From an uncultured Dehalococcoidia bacterium (GTDB taxonomy: Bacteria; Chloroflexota; Dehalococcoidia; Lucifugimonadales; UBA3495): a stretch of DNA of 64,000 nucleotides. The notes beneath the pieces are model-generated. The model saw only the letters and a program-made list of their open reading frames with translations, did no database searches and had not been told where the DNA came from. Made by a program: the position numbers and the translations under genes. Every line of letters begins with the position of its first letter. Position 1 is the stretch's first letter. Below, piece after piece: positions 59,375 through 64,000 of this stretch. The DNA lies in the NCBI GenBank assembly GCA_950072105.1, contig CATMOE010000011.1, forward strand, positions 1 through 64,000, written 5' to 3'.

Positions 59375-60583
59375 ATGTTGGCTCTGGAAGGCATTAAGGT
59401 CCTGGATCTTTGCCGCAATACTCCCGGCATGTTTTGCACCATGGTGCTGGGCGACTTGGGCGCTGACGTGCTCATGGTGGAGCGCCCACTGTCCGGCGAC
59501 AGGGCGGAGTACGAGGAGGCCATCTTTGGCGTCAACGATCTAGAGGCCGAGCAACGCCGGGCCGCCTACAACGCCTTGCAGCGGAATAAGCGAAGCGTCG
59601 CGCTGAACTTGAAAGAACCTGAAGCCAGGGATGTGTTCTACCGGCTGGCCGAATCAGCGGACCTGGTGGTCGAGGGGTTCCGGCCGGGAGTGGTCGACCG
59701 GTTGGGCGTAGGTTATCAAAAAGTGGCTGAGATTAACCCGCGGATCGTCTATTGCTCCATCTCCGGCTACGGCCAAGACGGTCCATACGCCGGGATGGTG
59801 GGCCACGACATCAACTACATCTCCTTGGCCGGGGCGCTGGGATTGATCGGCGATTCCGAAGACGAAAAACCGGCCATACCCTTGAACCTGCTGGCCGACT
59901 ACGCCGGCGGTGGCCTGTGCGGCGCCGTAGGCATTCTGTCCGCCCTCCTGGCGCGGCAGACTACCGGGCGAGGCCAGTACCTGGACATAGCGATGACCGA
60001 GGGTGTTCTTTACATGCTGGCCGGTGTGATTTCCGACTATCTAAGCAGCGGAACTGTCCCCGGCCGGGGTACTACCAGGCTGAACGGCGGCGCGCCTTAC
60101 TACAATGTGTACGAGACCAAGGACGGCAAGCACTTCACTATCGCGGCCATTGAACCTTGGTTCTGGCGCAACCTCTGCGCCGCCCTCGGGCGCGAAGACC
60201 TGGCCGATAGCCGCGCCGCCGAGGGCACGCAGAAGCAAGAAATCACCCGATTCCTAGAACAAACCTTCCGAACCAAAACCCGTGACGAGTGGTTCGACAT
60301 CTTTCAAGACAAAGATATCTCCGTGGGCAAGGTGTACTCCATCGAAGAAGCCTTGGCCGACCCGCAATTCGCCCACCGTGGCATGGTGATCGAGGTCGAG
60401 ACCCCTTCAATAGCCGAGGGCAAGGTGAAGCAGGTGGGCATACCGTTCCATCTCTCGGAGACGCCGGGCAGCGTCCGCCACCCCGGTTCCGTTACCGGTC
60501 AGCATACGGCCGAGGTGCTGGCCGGTCTGGGCTATGCTCCGGCCGATATCGAAGAGCTGATCCGCCGCGCCGTGGTGCAGTAG
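59375..60583 (+). CDS. CaiB/BaiF CoA-transferase (alpha-methylacyl-CoA racemase-like)
   Basis: EGFRPGVVDRLG, GHDINY, NLLADYAGG, NGGAPYYNVY. Confidence 0.92.
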   Translation: MLALEGIKVLDLCRNTPGMFCTMVLGDLGADVLMVERPLSGDRAEYEEAIFGVNDLEAEQRRAAYNALQRNKRSVALNLKEPEARDVFYRLAESADLVVEGFRPGVVDRLGVGYQKVAEINPRIVYCSISGYGQDGPYAGMVGHDINYISLAGALGLIGDSEDEKPAIPLNLLADYAGGGLCGAVGILSALLARQTTGRGQYLDIAMTEGVLYMLAGVISDYLSSGTVPGRGTTRLNGGAPYYNVYETKDGKHFTIAAIEPWFWRNLCAALGREDLADSRAAEGTQKQEITRFLEQTFRTKTRDEWFDIFQDKDISVGKVYSIEEALADPQFAHRGMVIEVETPSIAEGKVKQVGIPFHLSETPGSVRHPGSVTGQHTAEVLAGLGYAPADIEELIRRAVVQ

Positions 60584-60615
60584 GCAGATGAAGCACCCTC
60601 GAACTGTCCGCTACC

Positions 60616-63291
60616 GTGCTTGAAGCTTCCCGGCGGAATGATTTGGCCGGACGGGCCGGCGATTACATCGTTCGGCACTCCGGTTGGTTCATCGGCGCCG
60701 TATTGGCGCTGACGGCCCTATTCGCGTTGCCCATATTATTCCTGGAACGTCCGGGTCCGGCTTCCCAAGACCCCGGCGGACCGGTGTTCGACCTGCTGGA
60801 AACCGTGAACCAGCGGTTTCCTCCCCGGATCCACGTCACCACCTTCATCGTCGAAGACCCCCTAGCGGATCCCTCGGAAAACCAGCAAGGGGATATCCTT
60901 CGCCAACAACCCTTATGGGACCTATACCGGAACGAACGAAAGTTGCGCGCTTCGGAACTGGCGAGCTTTTTATATACGGGTTACGACGCCGGCAACGAAC
61001 GCCAGATCCTGGGCGTGTACACCATCGCCGACGCGGTACAGAACCTCTTTCTGCTAGACCCCGGCACGGCTACCTCTCTGGAAACCGCTACCGACCAGCA
61101 GGTGAAAGCGGCCATATCCCGTATCTTGGACAGCCCAACCGGCCGGCCCCTACGTGGATCTCTGTCCAAGGACGCCTCATTCCAAACCACGATCGTAGAC
61201 GGCCAGGAGATCAAGTCCTGGAGGTCGGCGGCCTTTTCCGCCTTCGTCGCCTCCGACAACGCCATGCTGGGCGGCGGCCCCTTGACCATAAGTTTGACTG
61301 GCGACGATGTAACCCTCGGCAAGGAACGGTTCAACCGGCGGGTACAAGAGATATTGCGATCGGATCAGACCAGCTATCGCTTGTGGGGCGTGGCGCTGGA
61401 CGTAAACCTGGTATCTCAAGAACAAGGCAAGACGGCGATACCGTTCATCGTTGCCACGGTGGTTCTTGTATTGGTGGTGGTCGGAGTCACCCTACGCTCC
61501 ATGGGAATCGTGGGGTTGGCATTCCTTGGTCTAGCGATGCTGTTCGTATGGCTCAAGGGATTAACCATTCTGGCCGGACTGGGTTCATCCCTGATCCTGG
61601 ACCTGATCGTCCCCATCGCCATGATTTCTTTGGGAGTGGACTTCCTGATCCACGCCGTGTCCCGGTATCGCGAAGAAAGCCGCCGGTTGGCGGATCCGTC
61701 TTTAGCCTTGCGGGCCGGCTTCGCCGGGGTATTGGGGGCATTGACTCTGGCAATGCTGTCCGATGGCATCGCTTTCCTGGCTAACGTAACCTCCGGGATC
61801 GAGACCGTGATCGGGTTCGGCATCGGAGCCGGAATCGCCGTTCTTTCCAGCTACGTCATCATGGGGATGTTCCTGCCTCTCGTTATCATGAGGCTGGACC
61901 AGCGTAGGCTAGGGTTGGTCTATGAGCAAAACACGGCGTCAAGAGGTGGTCAAGGAACAGAACTTGCTGATGAATCGGCCTCCCATCCGGTGGGAACAAT
62001 GTTAGCGGTGGCGGTCCTGGCATTCGCCCACCATCGCTGGGCGGTCCTGCCTCTTGCCGCCACATTAACCGCGGCCGCCACGCTGCTGGCTATCCAACTG
62101 GAGCCCAACCTAGACGTCAAGGACTTCTTCGATTCCGAATCAGACTTAGTCATCGGCCTGGACAAACTTGACCAGCACACCGCGCCGGCCCTCTCGGGAG
62201 AACCGGCGGTCATTTACATCCGTGGTGACCTCACGTCCGCCAAATCATTAGATGGTCTGAGAGAATTGCTGGACCGGTTGAGCAAGAACGACAGATTGGG
62301 GCAATCGGCGGAAGGGCAGGTTTCTCTTTACTCCAGGACCCTATTCCAACTTCTATCCAAGATAACCGGCAATGCCTACGCCCGCTCTCAGGTAATGGAC
62401 GATACCGGCGTCGCTATTTCCGACGACGACGGCGATCAGGTCCCAGACGGCCCGGAACAGGTGCGAGCCGCCTTCGACTACATGGTCCGGCAGGGTGTTC
62501 CTCTCAACGAAACCACAATGGTTTACGACCCTATCCAGGTGCGGGAAACCCTGCACCACGACCCTACCCAGCCTGGGGAACAGGAAATCATCCTGGTAGT
62601 AGGAGTTTTAGGGTCGCGCCAACAAGCCAACATAGAGGCGGCCCGGCAGGCCCTGGAGCAAGACTTGGAACCGCTGCGCCGGGTTCCTGACATCAGCTTT
62701 GTTGGACTGACGGGCTCGCCTTTCACCCGGGAAGCCACGTTGCAGGCCACCACCAGGGCTCTGAATGTTTCCCTTCCGGTGGCGGTGGCCGCTTGTTTGA
62801 TATTGTTGGCCTTCTGGATGCGGTCGGTAACTCTGGCGGTGGTCACCATTATCCCCATCGGCCTGGTGGTTTCCTGGCTTTACGCCTTCATGTACGTCGC
62901 GGGCTATAGCCTCAACTTCGTCACCGCCACCATCGCAGCAGTGTCCATCGGGGTGGGGATCGACTACTCGATCCACATGACCCAGCGTTTTAGGGAGGAG
63001 ATGGGCCGGGGACACGGCGCGGAGGAGGCAATGCGGGCGGCGGCCTCGGGCACCGGGGTTGCGCTGGCAGGGTCGGCGGCATCCAGCGTCATCGGGTTCT
63101 CCGTCATGGCATTCGCGCCCATGCCCCTCTTTTCCGCCTATGGCGTAATAACCGCCGCCATGATATTTATGGCGGCCGTCGCCGCCCTCTTCGTGCTGCC
63201 ATCGTTGCTTCTGCTGACCCACCGGGGGAGCCCTCACGGTCACTCCAAGCCGGAACGTAGTGAAAGCGCGGAGTCTCAGATACCCAAATAG
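60616..63291 (+). CDS. MMPL/RND-family transporter
   Basis: Two TM blocks with SLGVDFLIHAVSRYREE and GVGIDYSIHMTQRFREE. Confidence 0.9.
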   Translation: MLEASRRNDLAGRAGDYIVRHSGWFIGAVLALTALFALPILFLERPGPASQDPGGPVFDLLETVNQRFPPRIHVTTFIVEDPLADPSENQQGDILRQQPLWDLYRNERKLRASELASFLYTGYDAGNERQILGVYTIADAVQNLFLLDPGTATSLETATDQQVKAAISRILDSPTGRPLRGSLSKDASFQTTIVDGQEIKSWRSAAFSAFVASDNAMLGGGPLTISLTGDDVTLGKERFNRRVQEILRSDQTSYRLWGVALDVNLVSQEQGKTAIPFIVATVVLVLVVVGVTLRSMGIVGLAFLGLAMLFVWLKGLTILAGLGSSLILDLIVPIAMISLGVDFLIHAVSRYREESRRLADPSLALRAGFAGVLGALTLAMLSDGIAFLANVTSGIETVIGFGIGAGIAVLSSYVIMGMFLPLVIMRLDQRRLGLVYEQNTASRGGQGTELADESASHPVGTMLAVAVLAFAHHRWAVLPLAATLTAAATLLAIQLEPNLDVKDFFDSESDLVIGLDKLDQHTAPALSGEPAVIYIRGDLTSAKSLDGLRELLDRLSKNDRLGQSAEGQVSLYSRTLFQLLSKITGNAYARSQVMDDTGVAISDDDGDQVPDGPEQVRAAFDYMVRQGVPLNETTMVYDPIQVRETLHHDPTQPGEQEIILVVGVLGSRQQANIEAARQALEQDLEPLRRVPDISFVGLTGSPFTREATLQATTRALNVSLPVAVAACLILLAFWMRSVTLAVVTIIPIGLVVSWLYAFMYVAGYSLNFVTATIAAVSIGVGIDYSIHMTQRFREEMGRGHGAEEAMRAAASGTGVALAGSAASSVIGFSVMAFAPMPLFSAYGVITAAMIFMAAVAALFVLPSLLLLTHRGSPHGHSKPERSESAESQIPK

Positions 63292-63336
63292 TGGCTCTCA
63301 CCAATCTACGATTAATCCATTAAGCTCCGCCGCCCA

Positions 63337-63345
63337 TGCTATAAT
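63337..63345 (+). promoter_or_regulatory. Extended -10 promoter
   Basis: TGCTATAAT about 100 nt upstream of the ATG at 63448. Confidence 0.5.
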
Positions 63346-63447
63346 ACTGCCGCCCATTGGACCCTCCACTGGGAAGATTCACGCTCAAGTTCCGCCGGGA
63401 TTCAAACTACTGGCGGGGTAACCACAGCCGCTAAGGGAGCAGTCACA

Positions 63448-64000
63448 ATGATCAAACGGTTCTCTGTCCTGTACGTCGGCCAGATCGATCTTGATAATAC
63501 CGGATTGGATGGCACTCCGGCCGACGAACGGCGCTACCCCAACGAACGTCTGGTGGGGGCCTACGACAACGCGGTCGCCCTGGCCAAGCACATGGACGAG
63601 CTTGACTACTATTGCATGTGGACAGCCGAGCACCACTTTCAAAGGGAGGGCTACGAGTGCTTCCCAAACTTGATCTTGCTGGGGGTCCACCTGGCCGGCT
63701 TGACCAAACGACTCAAGTTCGGTGGGGCCTTTAACGTCGTGCCCATGTGGCATCCTCTCCGCCTGGCCGAAGACTTCGCCATGGCGGACATCATGACCGG
63801 AGGTAGACTGATCTTCGGCGTGGGCCGGGGCTATCATTCCAGAGAGGTCGAAACCTTCGGCGCCCCGGTTATCGACAACGACGCCAACAAAGAACTCTTC
63901 GAAGAACAGATGGAGATTATCTTCAAGGCTTTCAACGAGGACTCTTTCAGCCACAAGGGGAAACACTACACCATCCCGGCCGACGTGCCCTACCGGGGTT
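63448..64000 (+). CDS. LLM-class flavin-dependent oxidoreductase, 3' end outside the window
   Basis: Manual translation MIKRFSVLYVGQID...WTAEHHFQREGYE...WHPLRLAEDFAMADIMTGGRLIFGVGRGY; open to the window end. Confidence 0.9.
   Translation, partial: MIKRFSVLYVGQIDLDNTGLDGTPADERRYPNERLVGAYDNAVALAKHMDELDYYCMWTAEHHFQREGYECFPNLILLGVHLAGLTKRLKFGGAFNVVPMWHPLRLAEDFAMADIMTGGRLIFGVGRGYHSREVETFGAPVIDNDANKELFEEQMEIIFKAFNEDSFSHKGKHYTIPADVPYRG

Noticed and set aside
63346..63447. CCACTGGGAAG resembling a cobalamin riboswitch box
   Set aside because: The leader is too short and other conserved elements are absent; only one modest hairpin.
1..64000. CRISPR array, cas genes, rRNA, tmRNA or intact transposase
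   Set aside because: No regularly spaced repeat-spacer structure or such genes recognised; the repeats seen are coding PT/VIKEV repeats or REP-like palindromes.

Overview
Mostly core chromosome of a moderately GC-rich bacterium. The gene content (three luciferase-like monooxygenases including an F420-type one, three CaiB CoA-transferases, SDRs, Pro/Thr-rich lipoproteins) suggests Chloroflexota/Dehalococcoidia, probably SAR202-like; this is inference, not a database result. From left to right: a GIY-YIG-like ORF running off the left edge; tRNA-Leu(CAA) with a duplicated 5' half about 1.1 kb away; rpmH-rnpA-yidD-(PQQ-type propeller)-yidC-jag; purF-purM-purH; a decayed patch at 11.4-15.3 kb; smpB, ctpA, cinA and lhgO; maoC-plsX-fabG; a CoA-transferase pair; a VWA protein; a PyrR-attenuated pyrR-pyrB-pyrC-carA-orf-carB cluster; pyrF; sfsA; a second decayed patch at 46.5-52.6 kb; small catabolic genes; a P-domain/M8-like metalloprotease; and an MMPL transporter. 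I see no CRISPR array, integrase or transposase, and no clear multi-gene novel system. The best leads are the 5'-half tRNA att-like duplication with dyad symmetry, a small gene inserted into the centre of a REP palindrome with a 13-bp duplication (the same REP family also sits in-frame inside maoC), an apparent ATT start for carB, and a tandem-domain protein of unknown function behind a structured leader.
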